Assembly: GCA_964623945.1 (NCBI GenBank)
Contig: CAZUWB010000001.1
Coordinates: forward strand, 1-24,285
Source: an uncultured Methanosarcinales archaeon
GTDB taxonomy: Archaea; Nanobdellota; Nanobdellia; Woesearchaeales; GW2011-AR4
DNA: 24,285 nucleotides
Direction of reading: 5' to 3'
The notes under the pieces were generated by a model that saw only the letters and a list, made by a program, of their open reading frames with translations, was not told the origin of the DNA and did not search any database. Of the stretch, positions 23,786 through 24,285 are shown piece after piece. The first letter of the stretch is position 1, and every line of letters starts with the position of its first letter. The position numbers were made by a program, and so were the translations under genes.

Positions 23786-24064
23786 GTGTCAATAAAAAGA
23801 ACAAACTATCATGTAATTGACGGAGATACGATCTATCTTAACAGGGGCATTAATGGTCGTCACTACGTTAGACTTTCTGGTATTAATACGCCTGAGAAAA
23901 GAGAAAGGGGTTATATACAAGGCAAACAGGATTTGGCCAGTGTTCTTGCGGGAAGGCCGATTACAATTAAGCCACAGGCGACTAATCAAAATAGAATTAT
24001 AGGTACAGTTAAGGTTCATGGAAAGAATGTGAATAGGCAGATGAGACGATGGGGTTGGTTCTGA
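23786..24064 (+). CDS. Short thermonuclease (SNase-fold) protein without signal peptide, possibly degenerate
   Basis: VIDGDT, VRLSGINTPE, R...V...G-x-NVN..M...G; GTG start with GAGGT RBS; TTTAAATA at 23716-23723. Confidence 0.8.
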   Translation: MSIKRTNYHVIDGDTIYLNRGINGRHYVRLSGINTPEKRERGYIQGKQDLASVLAGRPITIKPQATNQNRIIGTVKVHGKNVNRQMRRWGWF

Positions 24065-24132
24065 TTTTTTCAAACCGAAAAATTATTATACTTTCTAGTT
24101 AATTGTGCTACATTAGACGAGAAAAATACTAA

Positions 24133-24247
24133 GCGTCGGCATTGTTCTAGTACGCCTCGCACGGGCGTATTCTATAATGCGGACGCACTGTTACTCGGAA
24201 AAGCTATCTGAGCGTCTGCTTTTCTTGGGCATGCCTCGCAGGGGCGT
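24133..24247. other. GC-rich triple-hairpin intergenic element (candidate ncRNA or ssDNA site)
   Basis: Rod GCGTC-g-GCATT...TACGCC/GGCGTA...AATGC-g-GACGC (24133-86); GAAAAGC/GCTTTTC (24198-224); repeat GCCTCGCA(C/G)GGGCGT at 24154 and 24233. Confidence 0.5.
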
Positions 24248-24285
24248 TTTTCGGTTATTTGGCACAAATTTTTTAAATACATGCC

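Noticed and set aside
22094-24073. ORFs 22094..22357, 22234..22476, 23789..24073 (-) and 23817..24002
   Set aside because: Shadows of the glycoprotein and thermonuclease genes
12131-24135. CTAAGCG at 12131 and 24129, and other CTTAG/CTAAG words near gene ends
   Set aside because: Short, low-complexity words expected by chance in 24 kb
24133-24186. Canonical integron attC site
   Set aside because: No RYYYAAC/GTTRRRY core pair at the stem base and no integron integrase in the window
1-24285. CRISPR array, tRNA/rRNA genes, integrase/transposase, VirD4 coupling protein, HUH relaxase, att direct repeats
   Set aside because: No regularly spaced repeats, cloverleaf or catalytic signatures were found; these may lie outside the window

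Overview
AT-rich window that reads as part of an archaeal conjugative mobile element (ICE or plasmid). The host is probably a DPANN-type lineage such as Woese-/Pacearchaeota; this is inferred from TATA boxes about 18-25 nt before start codons, GGAGGTG/GGGGTG ribosome-binding sites, N-glycosylation sequons in secreted proteins and a wHTH-MNT/HEPN pair. The right half carries a compact, minus-strand transfer operon: VirB2/TrbC-like pilin, secreted Cys-rich glycoprotein, VirB6/TrbL-like membrane protein, PrgI, and a VirB4 ATPase fused to a C-terminal PD-(D/E)xK (D-x12-ExE) nuclease domain that could be a MOB_C-like relaxase. The operon faces a divergent, unannotated ribbon-helix-helix gene across two tandem palindromic operators. 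The middle holds an MNT-HEPN toxin-antitoxin pair with a coupled OB-fold gene, small regulators, and an ArdC-like anti-restriction gene behind a structured leader and an unannotated 34-aa Cys/His microprotein. The left half is defence cargo: an Abi-alpha-like gene, a complete EcoAI-like (type IB) type I RM system, and a two-gene operon (725-aa Zn-motif/REase-fold protein plus 1205-aa RecD2-like helicase-nuclease) that I cannot assign to a named system. A truncated Mesh1/SpoT-like HD gene lies at the far left. No integrase, coupling protein, HUH relaxase, tRNA/rRNA gene or CRISPR array is visible. All family calls come from motif recognition by eye, not from database searches.
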